Below, in pieces: positions 25,356-39,419 of a DNA stretch of 64,000 bases. This DNA comes from Mobula hypostoma (taxonomy: Eukaryota): NCBI RefSeq assembly GCF_963921235.1, contig NC_086109.1, forward strand, positions 27,592,001 through 27,656,000, given 5' to 3'. The notes beneath the pieces were generated by a model. That model was not told the origin of the DNA. It saw nothing but the letters and a program-made list of their open reading frames with translations, and did no database searches. The position numbers and the translations under genes were made by a program. Within the stretch, counting starts at the first letter, position 1. The number at the start of each line of letters is the position of its first letter.

Positions 25356-25623
25356 CTTTGCAATAACTTCCAAATATTGCAACCAAACAGCATCTTTATT
25401 TACAACAGAGGTATTCCTTTCCTTTTAATGGACAGCCTCAGATCTTGTTTGATAGCATTACTCATTCTTGCTGCAAAGCTTTTTGTTACTCATTTCACTC
25501 ATGTTGCCAGAAGTCATATGAGCACATATTCCACATGATCTACGCACTTCCTTAATAATATATTTGAATCAGGAATCCTCTTGTTTTAATTCCAAATATG
25601 CTTTTCTTCAGCTCTTCTTGTGA
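25356..25623 (-). pseudogene. Putative decayed exon (..LLRKCVDHVEYVLI*LLAT*VK*VTKSFAARMSNAIKQ..GIPLL*IKMLFG)
   Basis: Polypyrimidine acceptor TTTTTTTTTTCTAATGAAG, donor AAG|GTAGGT; 268 nt; five stops in one frame. Resembles the recalled dynein tail motif LGKFARLVDYMI..SF...PFL..L.F. Confidence 0.5.
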
Positions 25624-25895
25624 CTTCATTAGAAAAAAAAAACAAGCATTATAATCAATATTTCTTCTCAACATACACAGTAGCTATTCTTATTTTCTTC
25701 AATTGTCATTTTCTAATCAGCCGGATATGTAGCAACCTTTCGTCCTCGCAATCTTCATGAAAAAACTATTATAATTCCATTAAAAATATATAAAGCTCAT
25801 GTTTCTTTCCTTCATTAAACTATCAATGAATTTCGTGGAGAGAAACCATTAAGTCTGGAGTACTTAATTTATCAATGTACAACAAAAAACATCCA

Positions 25896-27155
25896 ATGGT
25901 ATCCTTAGGGGGAAATCTTGCCTGACTAATCTATTGAAATTCTTTGAGGAAATAACAGGCAGCATAGATAAAGGAAAATCAGTCAATGTTGTTCACTTGG
26001 ATTTTCAGACGGCCTTTTCAGGTGCCACACAGGAGGCTGCGTAACAAGATAACAGCCCATGGTATTACAGGAAAGATAGTAGCATGGTTAGAAGATTGCC
26101 TCCTGCCAATCAGCCAAAGAGTTAGAATAAAGGGGGCCTAGTCTGGTTGGCTGCTGGTGACAAGTGGTGTTCCACAGGGGCCAGTACAGGGTCTGATTCG
26201 TTACACATTATACTTTATGTCAACAACTTAAATAACGGAATTGGTGGCTCTGTGGCCAAGTTTGCAAAGGATACAAAAGCAGGTGGAGAGGCGGGCAGTG
26301 TTGAGGAATGGGGAATCTGCAGAAGGACCTGGACAGATTGGGAGAATAGACAAAGAAGTGGCAGATAGAATATAGTGTAGCGATGTCTCTAGTCATGTAC
26401 TTTGGTAGAAGAATTAAGGAGTGTACTATTTTCTAAATGGAGAGAAAATTCAGGAATGAAAGGTTCAGAAGGACATGGGAGTCCTTGTGCAGGATTCTCT
26501 AAAGGCTAACTTGTAGGCTGAGTTAGTGGTAAGGAAGGCAAAAGCAACATTAGCATTAATTTAGAGAGGACTGGAATACAAGAGCAAGTATGTAATGCTG
26601 AAGCTTTATAAGGCATTGGTCAGATTTGGGCCCCTTTTCTAAGAAAGCGTGTGCTGGCATTGGAGAACGTCCAGAGGAGGTTCACAAGAATGATTCTGGG
26701 AATGAAGGGGTTAAATTATGAGGAATATTTGATAGCTCTGGTCCTATACTCACTGGTGTTTAGAAGAATGAGTAGGTAACTGATTGGAACCTTATGAATA
26801 TTGAATGGACTAGTTAGAGTGGATGTGGAGAGGATGTTTCCTATAGTAAGTGAGTCTAGAGCAAGAGGTCACAGCCTCAGAATAGAGGGATGTCCATTTA
26901 GAACAGAGTTGAGAAGAAATTTCATTAGCCAGAGGGTGGTGAATCTGAAACTCATTGCCACAGAGAGCTTTGCAGGCCAGGTCAATAGGTATATTTTAAG
27001 TGGAGATTGATAGGTCCTTGATTAATCAGGGTAACAAAGGTTATGGGGAGAAGGCAGGAGAATGGGATTGAGAGATAATAAATCAGCCATGATGGAATAG
27101 TGGAACAGACTCAATGGAACATGTGGCCCAATTCAGCTCCTATGTCACATGGTCT
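25896..27155 (+). mobile_element. CR1 LINE RT/3' fragment
   Basis: GKSCLTNLLKFFEE, KFAKDTK, ALENVQRRFTRMI, SRARGHSLRI motifs; CR1 tail at ~27150. Confidence 0.88.
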
Positions 27156-28377
27156 AACTCAGTAATCAATGTGCAAAATTGGTGACGAGATTGAAATGAA
27201 AACAAGTAGTGTGCTTCATGCAATTTTCAAAGTTGAAGATTGTTTATTGTCATTCATCAGTACTCAGATGTAAAGGAGAACAAAACAATTATTACTCTGG
27301 ATCATAAAATCCAAAATAAGCATAAAGGACATAATAAAAACACAATAAATATAAATAGATATGATTAGATTATATAGACAGACTGTAAGTATATTAAGTG
27401 ATGCTATGTATGGGAGTACCTGTACATAAGTTAACAAAGAGAAAATGATCAAGTAATGGTGGTGGGAAGTGTGGGGGTATTGGTTAATAGTTGGTGGTAT
27501 TGATCAAGCTTTAAGCTCATATCTTAAACATGACACTTTCATCATTCTGTAAGAAGTTCATCCAAATGGAATACAATTAATTTGGTTACTTTTCACTGAC
27601 TCAAACATTCAATTAACACACTTTATTGTTTTCTGCGCAATAAAATAATATGTCCATATCTTATTGGATGCTTCTTCACACATGCAATTAAAGGAACTGA
27701 AGTGAAAAGAAAATTGCTGATCTCTACATTTGATACACCATTTGTAAACCATGATTCCCTTGCTAATGAAGCTTCCTGCTATATAATTCTGTGAAATAGA
27801 TGTAGCAACAATAAAATGGCTGCATGAGGCTTATGCGCATATAAGGTACAGAAGTATAGGAAATGGCCTTCTTAATGTGTCTTTATGAGCATAGCATGGA
27901 TATTCTCTGCTGTTATTTCATTGTGCGCAAAGGATGCAAAGTATGAGATAGAAAATTCTGTGCTGCTACAACAATTAATATGCTTGGCATCTAATGTTTA
28001 TAAGCAGGCAGGACATTCCTTCCGAAATGAACTATGGGTAGCTTGCTTCTGTGTTTGTAATATAATGTAAGGCTTTGTTAGATAAACCACAGCAAAGTTA
28101 AAATTACCAGGTATTGGAAAAACATTCTCAGTGAATTGCAGCTGTTTGAAACTCTGAATGCCCAAAGAACTGTGGAGGTAGTTGTTGAATTCATTCAAGT
28201 TTGATATTGATGTACATTTGGACTACAAGGGTCATGGTAAGAAAGCAGGAAAATGGTGTTGAGGCCAAGATTAGATCAACTATAATCTTACTGAATGGCA
28301 GAGCAGGATCAAAGGACAGGAAGGCTCAACATGGTGTTTCTTTTGTTTTGATGCTCCATTGCCAGTTTATGTCTCAC

Positions 28378-28526
28378 CTTGTGTTTCTTGAATTGAGCCA
28401 TTTATTTATTTTCAGATTCAGCCCATGCACAATGAAACACAGATATCACTATAAATTTTAATGTCACTGCTCATGTGAGATATATTTTATTAGTAATGGA
28501 AATGACATCTCTTCCTCAGATTCTTC
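28378..28526 (-). pseudogene. Putative decayed exon (EESEEEMSFPLLIKYISHEQ*H*NL**YLCF..KINKWLNSRNTR)
   Basis: CAG acceptor, AAG|GTGAGA donor; 149 nt. Ends in phase 2, compatible with the 1-nt start of the next candidate exon at 27696. Confidence 0.45.
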
Positions 28527-29562
28527 CTGTGCTGTGATTTCATTACCCCATTAGATATTTTGACTTTTCCTCTCTAATGCCAAACACTTCAGTTCAGAGC
28601 GAAGGCTCCCTCTATAACCCCTCGCCCTCAGCACTCTACCCTCCCAGATCTTAAACTCAGTGAGTTCAACGGCCAACATAACGTTCAGCTCCTCTACTGC
28701 ATTTGTTTTAGTGTCAGCTTCTTTAGGCAAAGGTTTTTAACCCAACCCTTTCTCATCGTTCAGTGCAGCCCACCTACCTTAGCCACTCCCCCGGCCTCTC
28801 TAAACATTTATTACTAACTGTTGGCAATTCTGATGAAAAGTCATTGACATGAAGTATTAACAATTTTTTTTCCAGTGCTTCAAACTAACTTGATGAGTGT
28901 TTATAGATTTTTCTCTTTTATTTCACTGTGGATATAGATGATAATATTTGCAGTATTTTGTTTGTCTTTCTATGATTTTTGCACCCTGGCTTCCTGTTCC
29001 CTTGTGCAGCAATTTGGAACTGATTTACAAACTGTGATCAGAGTATTCAGAAACTTTAAATTTACAGCATATACTGGCTCAGATTTAGTTGTTGCAAAGA
29101 CAATCAGCACTTTAACATTCAGTGCGAAACCTGCAACAACTGAATGTGAAACTAATGACATATTTTCCACACATGTATGAACAGAAAAATCTGTTGTCAC
29201 AAAAGTCAGCCGCCATGCACAGGATTTGTACTTTTTTGCTTTATCCTGCATATTCAAAGGAAATTGGCTGTCAATAATTGTGCCAATATCTTTGCCAGGA
29301 CCCTGCCATTCTTCCCTGGTTTCTCAGAATGTCTTAGGTCGCATTCAGTTGGACCCAAGGAATTATCCACCTTTACACAGTTTAAGACTGCCAAAATTCT
29401 TCTTTTATAATGTGAATATGTTCCAGGATATCATAATTCATTTACTTTAATTCCTTTGTTTCTAAAGCCTTCTTCACTGTGAATATAGATGATAATATTT
29501 GAAATTGTGGGATTATAAATCTTATTCAAAGTTATAATGTGCTACTTTGAGTTTAAAAATAC

Positions 29563-29678
29563 CGTAAAATGACAGTTTAGCACATGGGATGAGTGAGATA
29601 TGATTTAAAGAACTCTGATTTTGAAAAATATTTTGTCATAAAATATCTTCTACATTCAACCTGTGTTTTCTCCATTAT
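29563..29678 (-). pseudogene. Putative decayed exon (IMEKTQVECRRYFMTKYFSKSEFFKSYL..)
   Basis: TTTTCACACAACAG acceptor, CG|GTAT donor. Joining it to the exon starting at 29130 gives R-F-R followed (after a frameshift) by ..LIVF..K.EP.Y, like the recalled dynein N-terminal YxPYxLxVV motif region. Confidence 0.4.
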
Positions 29679-30695
29679 CTGTTGTGTGAAAACTCTCCTA
29701 TTTGATTAGATGCCTCTCCAAACTGATGACATCATGTTTTGCGACACCCAGCAGACAAGGTTTTTGGTACCGATGGCCCTTAAAGTCCCACGTGTAATAT
29801 CATATGCTGACAAAGTCATATTACTCGCTGTCAGAATTTTGTTTTGGCATCAGAGTAGAACATATTAGTTAAGAGTCAAAGTTATCATTCCACAATGGAA
29901 AATAATATTAATCCTATGGTATCTAGCACCACAAACAGTTGCTGTAACTATCTTAAAGCATTAATATAATTTTACATGCTATCTGTTCCATGGGTGATAC
30001 AATTTAAAAGCAACATTGCCAAAAATATTTCTATTTGGTTTTAATGTCTGAGTGTTTTCTAACAATCTAATTTACAAATTAGATTCTGGCTAAGCCTTAA
30101 GAAAATCATGGCGACATGAAAGCTTTTCTCCTTACCATAGAGAATTTGTTGCAGGGAGAGAGAACAGAGAGGAGGAGATGTGAAGTTAAAAATACCTGTT
30201 GAGTTGACATCAGATAAATATCTAGGAGTTCAAAAGACTGATTAAAATTTTATTTAGTGCCAACTCTGCTGTCTGGCATTTAGAGATTTTAAAGAATCTA
30301 ACTTCAGTGTGGATAAATACTCCCTAGAAAACAGTTCAGACAAATAATATTGATCAACATTTAGGAAAGATTTCAGTGGGCAAGAATGCAACTTTATTCA
30401 TGCAGCTTCCGCTTACCGGTGCACAATACGTGTTTCTCCATTACACTTTCTTCTTTTCCCCTTCCCATTGTGAAGAAGGTACAAACATCTGGCTCAAGAA
30501 CAGCTTCTAGTCTGCAATAAGGTAACTGAAAGGACATCTTTGATGATAGCGTGATCTCTCAATGTCACAATCTACCTTGTCAGGGCCTTGCAACTTACTG
30601 TTTGCTTGCACTGTTCTTCTCTGTAACTGTAGCACTATTCTGCATTCTGTTATTGCTCTTCCCTTGTGCTATCTTGACATACGTCGTAGTGAAAT

Positions 30696-31368
30696 GATAG
30701 ATAGATAGATAGACATACTTTATTGATCCTGAGGGAAATTGGGTTTCGTTACAGTTGCACCAACCAAGAATAGAGTATAAATATAGCAATATAAAACCAT
30801 AAACAATTAAATAATATGTAAATTATGCCAGATGGAAATAAGTCCAGGACTAGCCTATTGGCTCAGGGTGTCTGACCCTCCAAGGGAGGAGTTGTAAAGT
30901 TTGATGGCCACAGGCAAGAATGACTTCCTATGACGCTCTGTGTTGCATCTCGGTGGAATGAATCTCTGGCTGAATGTACTCCTGTGCCCAACCAGTCCAT
31001 TATGTAGTGGATGGGAGACATTGTCCAAGATGGCATGCAACTTGGACAGCATCCTCTTTGACGAGAGTCCAATTCCATCCCCACAACATCACCGGCCTTA
31101 CGAATGAGTTTGTTGATTCTGTTGGTGTCTGCTACCCTCAGCCTGCGGCCCCAGCACACAACAGCAAACATGATAGCACTGGCCACCACAGACTCATAGA
31201 ACATCCTCAGCATCGTCCAACATGTTAAAGGACCTCAGTCTCCTCAGGAAATAGAGACGGCTCTGACCCTTCTTGTAGATAGCCTCAGTGTTCTTTGACC
31301 AGTCCAGTTTATTGTCAATTCGTATCCCCAGGTATTTGTAATCCTCCACCATGTTCACACTGACCCCA
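30696..31368 (-). mobile_element. Rex-Babar-type LINE 3' fragment with (TATC)n tail
   Basis: YKYLGIRIDNKLDWSKNT..KKGQSRLYFLRRLRSF, FYESVVASAIMFAVVCWG, HPLH..RKSFLPVAIKLYN. Confidence 0.88.
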
Positions 31369-31795
31369 CAATGATGCATATGAATGGCATGCAAAATGGA
31401 GTTTTTCCAATGTACCTTATAATATTGCGACAATAATAAAGCCAGTTACTCTGACCTCTGACTTTGGGCTCCTATACTGTTCCACTAAATGACGGCACAG
31501 ACTTGAGGATTACTAGGTTATCTTTCATCTAGGCACACTGCAGGCCACATGACTCAATAATGAATACTAGCCAGCCTTTCCTTTGTGTAGGAATGAATCA
31601 GTAATGATATCTGCTTGTAGCTATTCTTCTCTCTCTTCAAAGAAGACATCTGATCTCTATGTATTTCCAGCTTTCCTTTTTATTTCAGATTTCCTGCAGC
31701 TGCCATGTACTGCAGTTACTGTTCGAACATGCCATAATCAATTTATTTTTTCTCTAACTATTCAAATTCATCTCTTTATTTGTATTCCTTTGAAA

Positions 31796-31877
31796 CAGGG
31801 GCTCCCAATTTTTTTTTAATGCCATGGACCTTTAACATTAACTGAGTGGTCTGTAGACCCCAGTTTGGGAACCCCTG
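31796..31877. mobile_element. hAT-Charlie-type MITE (~80 bp)
   Basis: CAGGGGCTCCCAA..TTGGGAACCCCTG TIRs; 8-bp flanks CTTTGAAA/CTTTAAAA. Confidence 0.8.
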
Positions 31878-32272
31878 CTTTAAAAGCATCTGCCATATTT
31901 AACTAATCACTCACAAAAGACATTGTGTTACCTGGACAACCCTGATCTCCACTCCATCAAAGATATTCCATTTCACCTCTCTATTCTTCCCTTTTTCTCT
32001 AACCTAAAACAGCAACTGTTCCTTGCCTTTTTATTCTGATGTCTTCACCCTTCCATTTCAGTCCTGGAGAAGGTCTCGTCCTGAAATGTCGACCATTTAT
32101 TCATTTACATATATGCTGCCTAACCTGCTGAGTTCCCCCAGCATTTTGTGTGTATTACATTGTTTTTCCACCTTTTCCAATTCTGATTTAAAATTTCACT
32201 CCCCATGGATGCTGCTTGCCTTGTGAAGTGTCTCTAGTATTTTGTCTGCCTCTATTTCAGAGAAATACTGCT

Positions 32273-32838
32273 GAGACCACACTGGGAGTATTGTGTGCAG
32301 TTTTGGGCTCCTTATTTTAGAAAGGATATACTGAGATTGGAGCGGGTTCAGAGAAGATTCATGAGAATGATTCCAGGAATTAAAGGGTTACAGTATGAGG
32401 AACATCTGGCAGCTCTTGGGCTGTATTCCCTGGAGTTCAGGAGAATGAGGGGGGATCTCATAGAAACATTCCAAATGTTAAAAGGCCTGAACAGATTAGA
32501 TATGGTAAAGGTATTTCCCATGGTAAGGGAGTCTAGGACAAGAGGGTACGATTTCAGGATTGAAGGACATCCATTTAGAACAGAGATGCAGAGAAATTGC
32601 TTTAGTCAGAGGGTGGTAAATCTGTGGAATTTGTTGCCATGAGCGGCTGTGGAGGCCAAGTCATGGAGTGTATTTAAGGCAGAGATAGATAGGTTCTTGA
32701 TTAGCCAATGTATTAAAGGGTATGGAGTGAAAGCAGGGGAGTGGGGATGACTGGAAGAATTGGATCAGCCCATGATTGAATGGTGGAGCCGACTCGATGG
32801 GCTGAATGGCCTGCTTCTGCTCCTGTATTTTATGGTTT
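32273..32838 (+). mobile_element. CR1 LINE 3' fragment
   Basis: QFWAPYFRKDILRLERVQRRFMRMIPG..CFSQRVVNLWNLLP; CR1 3' hairpin and tail. Confidence 0.9.
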
Positions 32839-33806
32839 TTTAAATTATAGAAAATAACCTGACTGCTAAATCTCACAAATCCTCAGGCGTTTATACTGAG
32901 TTGACTTCAGATCAGTTACAAAATTAATTGTAAAAAAAATAAATGCAATTAAATGATTCTGTTGAGAATGTCAAAGCAGTAACACATGAAGTACTCTCAT
33001 AAGACATTAGAGGCAAAGTGAAGGATCACATAGTAGCTTCTGAAAATCTCTCATACACAGCCATCATGCTCTGTATTTCAGGCAAGAGCTACAAATGATC
33101 ATTTTCATTGCAGTAGGGAAAATCAGGGTTTAAATGGCAATGCAGAATCAACAATGTATATTGTGTGACATGGGTATAACCCAAGTATAAAACAGAGTTA
33201 TTTTTATCCTTAAGAGTCAATACACTTAGAACTTTAAGCCAGCACAAATACTGTATCCCTGTCCAACATTAACTTTTGCCGTAGTTACTTGACTTGAAAA
33301 TAGACTGGTTGCAGCCTGATTTAGTTGAATACAATCTCAACCAAACAGCTCATTCTTTCCTTTGCGCTGATGTTCAAAGTTCAAAGTAAATTTATTATCA
33401 AATGGCAACATATAAAACCCCGAGATTCATTGTTTGCAGGCATACTCAATTAATAGAATAATGACCATAATAAAATCAATGGAAGACCTCACCAACTTGG
33501 ACATTCAACCAGTGTGCAAAAGACAAACTGTGCAAATACAAAAAGAAAGCAATAATAATAAGCAGCAAATATCAAGAACAAGAGATGAAGAATCCTTGAA
33601 AGTGAGCCCACAGGTTGTCAATGCACAAACTGAAATAACTGTGATCAATAATAGGTTGCTAAATCGCCCATGCTCAATCCATAATATCCATAAAGAGTGA
33701 ACCCTAGTCCAAAACATTGTCTGTTTATTCCCCTCCATAGGTACTGCCTGACCTGCTGAGTTCCACCAGCAGTTTGTGTGTGTTGTTCTGGATTTCTCTG
33801 AAGCTA

Positions 33807-34816
33807 CACTTAGTGGCCAATTTAATAGGTAATTCCTGGAACAGGGTACTTCCTGCGCCTAATAAAGTGACCACAAAGTGGACGCTTGTGGTCTTTACAA
33901 CTTTCGCCATCCACTTCAAGGTCCGACATGTGGTGCGTTCAGAGATGATCTTCAGCACACCACTTATTTAGGTTATTGTTGCCTTCCTGTCAGATTGAAT
34001 TAGTCTGGCCAGCCTCCTCTGAGCTGTCTCTTTAACAAGGCATTTTTACTCACAGAACTGCCGCTAACTGTGTTTCATTGTTTTTCATACTATTCTCTGT
34101 AAACTCTGGAGAATGTTGTGCATGAAAATCTCAGGAGGTCAGAAATGTCTGAGAACCCCAACCACTCCAAATGGGAACAAAAATCATTCTGTGGTCAGTC
34201 ACCTAGATCACATTTCTTACCCACTCTGAAGTGTGATCTGAACAACAACTGAACCTCTAGCAACACACACAAAATGTTGGAGGAACCCAGGTCAGGCAGC
34301 TTCTGAATAAATAGTGAATGTTCTGGCCAAGACCCTTCTTCAGGAAACGAAAGCCAGAATTTTAAAAAAGTTAGGGGAGGGGAAAGGAGGATAGATAGAT
34401 GCAACCAGATGGGTAGGAAAGATAGAAGGCTGGAGAGAAAGCGAACTGATAGGACAGGAGAGTGGACCACAGGAGAAAGGGAAGGAGGAGTGGACCCAGG
34501 TGGAGGTGATAGGCAGGTGAGAAGAGCTAAGAAGAGGGGAGGGGGAGGGAATTTTTTGCAGGGAAAAAATTGATATTCATGCCATCAGGTTGAAGGGTAG
34601 CCAGACAGAATATAAAGTGCTGCTCCTCCACCCTGAGGGTGGCCTCATCTTGGCACCAGAGGAGGTCATGCTCCGACATGTCAGAACAGGAAGTGAATCT
34701 CTTGACCATGTCTGCATCCTTTTATTCGTTGAGCTGCTGCCACAAGATTGGCTGATTAAATACTTGCACTAATGAGCAGGTGTAAAAGTGTATCTAAATA
34801 AGGGGGCCTCTAAATG
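33807..34816. mobile_element. Tc1-like non-autonomous element, interrupted by a Penelope fragment
   Basis: TA|CACTTAGTGGCCAATTTAATAGG left end and degenerate right end ..GGCCTCTAAATG|TA. Confidence 0.55.
34260..34698 (-). mobile_element. Penelope-like element 3' fragment (GIY-YIG end plus pLTR)
   Basis: ORF 34527-34709 CQDEATLRVEEQHFIFCLATLQPDGMNINF; reverse pLTR with CCTGAAGAAGGGTCTTGG. Confidence 0.8.
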
Positions 34817-34994
34817 TAGCTTTTTGGTGATATTCTGACCAATTCCATCATACACTGTAATACTACATACATCAGTAAATAAAAACATAACACCAAACAA
34901 AGCTGCTAGATGAATAACTTAAGAAATAAATTAAAGTGTGTCTTGCAAGGGTAAATTGCAGAAAGGTAGGTTGAAGTACGTGTTCCTCGATTAG

Positions 34995-35428
34995 GGGACC
35001 CTGGGCATTCTCACCCCATCGGGGTTCCCTGGGAAGGCACAATGCTTGATTCCCAGGTTCTCCCTCCGGGTCAGCATCCTGTCTTTGGGTGCCCAGCCCG
35101 GGGCTGCAGGGGAGGCATACTGCTCACTCCCTTGACTTATTCCCCAGATTTCAAGGTGTTTCATCCAACATTGTAGCTCTTCAATCTCGCCGTCAGTTTC
35201 TAATCCCACACCTGACACCAATGTGGCGAGCATTCAGTCCATGATGACAGACAAGAAAAGCTTGTTTATCTCAACTGATGTCTTTTTTGCAACAAGCACA
35301 AAACCAGACCAGGTGCAACGACCCGGGGAAAGAACCCACACGGTCACATACGAACAGGGGAGATGATTATTACACACCCCGATGGCAGTCAGGGTGGCCC
35401 ACAAACACACAAGCAAATTACTGTGTAA
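34995..35428 (-). mobile_element. LTR retrotransposon 5' remnant: LTR plus tRNA-Leu PBS plus start of gag (Gypsy-like)
   Basis: Minus strand ..CGCCACA-T-TGGTGTCAGGTGTGGGAT (35203-35220), an 18-nt match (1 mismatch) to the 3' end of tRNA-Leu, directly after an LTR-type CA end. Confidence 0.65.
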
Positions 35429-38400
35429 CCCAGACTAAAATTCAACAATAAGTGAACTTCTACCTCCCACTATAATTCTACAAAAGCATTTTAAAACAAG
35501 AATAAATAGTGCTGGCCACTAGGAATGCTGGGCAGGGCTGTTGATGACATCCCCCTCCTGGGGCACTACAATACTTTACCCTTAATCCCATGCTTACCTC
35601 TTTTCACAGAAAATGCTAGAACTTTGATGTGCTTATTTGAAAAATTCTCAGCAATGTTACTCACTCAGAGAAAGATTATTTCAGAATATGAAACACATCC
35701 TCTTTGAAATATTTAAGTTGTTTATATTGTCTGCAAAGCATTTATCACATCAGTTACATCAGACATAAAATAAATGTTAAACTATAAATACCTCCCACAG
35801 TTATTTTCTGAATTCTGTATTTTCTTTTGGAGAAAGGACAAATTCAATTTCCAAAGTATTTTAGCAAGAAATTCATCACATTAACACTAGCTTTCTTTTT
35901 AGATTAGTACCATGCAATGTAAAATTGACTTTATCAGGAAGGAAACACCGAAAAACATTTTTGGATCATTTTGTGTCAGTCGGAAACTCATTTTGTATAT
36001 TGTGCGCGTAATTCTTTATTGTGCCTCTCATAAGATTTTCTGTCAGTTATACATCTTTCCCTAGGAAATGTTCCTTTGGAGAGAACTGAGACTAAGCTGG
36101 AGCCATGGAAATCGTCCCTTCAGCCCACCAGGTCGATGACAACCAGGGTCTAGGCCCGAAATGTCATCAGTTTTCTTATTATTATAGAAGCTGCCTGACC
36201 TGAGTTCCACCAGCATTGTGTGCGTGTTGCTTTGGATTTCCAGTATCTGCAGACTTTATTGTGATCATGAAGTACCTACCTATATTCATCTAATCTTCCA
36301 GCATGCAATCCATCGCTCTTAATGCCATGGCATTCCAAGTTCTCGTCTAAGCTATTCCATGAGGAGCCATTGCTGAGCACTCATGGGGCATTGCATTTAA
36401 TTGCCATAGGACCAACCTTTGACCTTTGTGCATTCCACCTCACCACATGGCACTTAATCATCCTTTCTCAATTTTGATCTCATCCTGACCCTCCTTAGCC
36501 GAGGACCAATTCCCGACCCTCTGGTCTTGCAATTCCACTGTACACTGATGTTCACCCTGATATTCAAGCAAAATTGATAATCTGCATCATCCCCGAGGGC
36601 CTAATATTTAAACTACAGCTTTGTAACAGACACTCTCCTGAAATCATTTCCAATTCCTTTCCCTTCTTCCCTCATTATCATTCAGCCCAGCCCCCAAACT
36701 ATTAACTTTTCCTTGGTCCTTAAAGGTTGTTCCCTTCATGCCTGCAAAACCAAAGCTCTGATCCTCTTCCTCCAGCTGCAGCCCTTCTCTCCAAAGCCCC
36801 CACACACCCACCTCAGTTTCATTCCAAGCACCACATTTTCACAGATAAATACAAGGCCTTTTCAATTTCAAAATCCAAGACACGTTACTGAAATTTGTAG
36901 CCCCTGATCAAAATCTATCTCACACAAGGTTTGGGTGCACTAGGACTAGCGGAAGTACATTTTTACAATCTGTCCAGGCACATGTGAAGATCACAAATTC
37001 ACCTTTATAATTGTTAACATGAATCCAGGGGCTGTCAATGACCTTTCAGCCATTTCAACTGTCCATCACCATTCAGAAGTCACTGTTGCATATTATCACA
37101 TTATAATAAAAATATAAAGAGACCATGACAGATGCTTTCCATTGGCCTTATCTGTCACTGAAACAGAGCAATAAATCAAGTCAAGTTCATAATCGTTTGA
37201 GACCCCATTATTGGTAGGCATCAATCATAACTCAGTGACAAAAGCAGGCTATACTCAGTGATCCGATTAGGCATTAACCTTCAAATGAACTTATTAATTT
37301 ACTTAATTTGAATCACATGTTGTAGCCTTTCAACAAGACCCTTAGAAATTAAGCAACGCAAGAACTGATTGCTGTACCTTTTGGGTTCAATTATTAACAT
37401 ACTGAAAACTTGTTAATAATAAAGTGGGGTGTGCAACATTCTGCTTTCCTGGACTGTCTTGAATTATTACATACAGATGAGCTACTAGAACCATACTTTG
37501 GCCGGTCACTAATTGAGAATAGGGAATCGAGTGGAGTGCCAACTGCCAAGATGCCTTGAAGGGGAAAGCAGGAGGCATTGAAAGTGTAAGGAACCTAAAG
37601 TTTTCAAGAAGATCTTTTGAAACACACCGAGCTATTTAAAATATTAAAAACAGCAAATGAAGAGCCAATCAGCTTTGAATTATGTAAAAGACAATGTTTT
37701 TTATACTGTTATCCTTTTTTATGGTCAACTTTCATCAGACTTATAGATGGTCCATAAGTTACCCATGCCATCTATGTTCAAGATGCCAAAAATATAAGAG
37801 TAACTGCAGAAATTAAAGACCAGGGCTCATATTATTTGCCTCCATAGAATCTGGCCAAAGGCCTGCTGTGGTTCTTGTATCAATGTATGAGAAAAACTAA
37901 TTTTTTTATTTCCCTTTCTTTTAATAAAATATTTAAAGTTGCTGACACTGGGCACTCAGACCTATTCATAACAAGATACCAAGAGTGTATACTTTGCCAC
38001 AATTCATCTGATTCCTTACTGACGTGTGCACTACGCTTCACTGTACTGCTTGATTGGCCTGTTGGTTTATGAGACTTTTCCTAAAAATCAATTGTAGTTA
38101 TCAATCTAACTGGCTACAAGAGAGATTTACAGTAAGTCTTTTGTTAAGTGCCCAAGTATTCCATTGAATAATCCAATGAAATAAATGGAGTTTTTGCACA
38201 TTGCCGCCAGGTAAAATTGTCTCAGAGATGTGTTGATCTATTGAATTTGTGAATCTCATTTTAATTAGCTCTCGTCTTTCATTTCTGCAAGAAATTGTTT
38301 ATTTGTTGAACATGTGTAAAAGAATATTGATGTGAGAACATATAATTGAAAGGGTGCTCTTATGAAATACTTTAATCACTGCCTAAAGTTATGCAGTCCT

Positions 38401-39419
38401 ATTGATTCAAACCAATAGTTCCTGAATTACATTGTGAAACGTTGGATGATACAAATAGATGAGAGAATAAATAAGCAAGGGAGACTGCATAAAGTACCGA
38501 TTTCTGTAAATGATTTTTAACACTGTCGGTTATTTAAAGGTTATTAAATGAGGGATGTAAAATGAAGAACATGTTTAATCTCGGAATCCCAAACTTGATT
38601 TACTTTTTTAAAAAAAACTTTACTGTAATAAACTCAGTTTACTTTTGTATTATTTTCAGACTGCAAAGTTGGTTTAGCATGTGCAGGAACCATGATTTTC
38701 TTTGTACTGTGACCATTGCACTCATAATGCAAGCTTTACCTATGGATTATCAGTTTCTGTACAATGCTCATAACTTCACCAATTTATAATGGAGATCTAG
38801 AATCTAGATGCAAATCTAGAATCAAATCACAAAACACATTTTAAACAGGCTATGCAGATGTAAAAATGGCATAGCAAATTAATCACATCTTGGAAAAGTT
38901 GCAATTACTCTACCAATCTCTTCTTTCATTACCATTCAGAAGTCATGACATTTGGAGAGCTGAAAATTCTGAAGTATACTGGAGTAATGTGGTCTCTGGC
39001 CATTGGAGACACCAACCCTAAACAAGGTAAATAACCGTGATTCACATCACTGATATGTTTACTGAGTGATGGATCAATACAAGTTAAAAGTCTCCTAATC
39101 TTGATTTTTTGGAATGCTTGGCCTACTGATATCACTGATTTGTAAAGCAGATTTTATGATTTAGGGACAGATAAGAATTTATTTGATTTTTATCAGAGGG
39201 CTAAGATTTGTATATTTTGTCAATGCTTTGACAAGTTTTGCATCTCTATAATAGAGGGGCTGTCAATCACTGAATAAGGGTAATGCATTATCCTTAAATT
39301 ATTCAGTACCATGCATTTGGCAACATGAAATGTATATGGTTTATAAATATATCTGAAAATACAAACATAGGAACATTCATGCACACATTAAAATCAAACT
39401 TATAAAGATGCTAACAGCA

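Noticed and set aside
29290..29400. Exon-like minus-strand stretch ILAVLNCVKVDNSLGP
   Set aside because: Matches the CR1 ORF2 KVDKSPGPD region, so it is a LINE remnant rather than a host exon.
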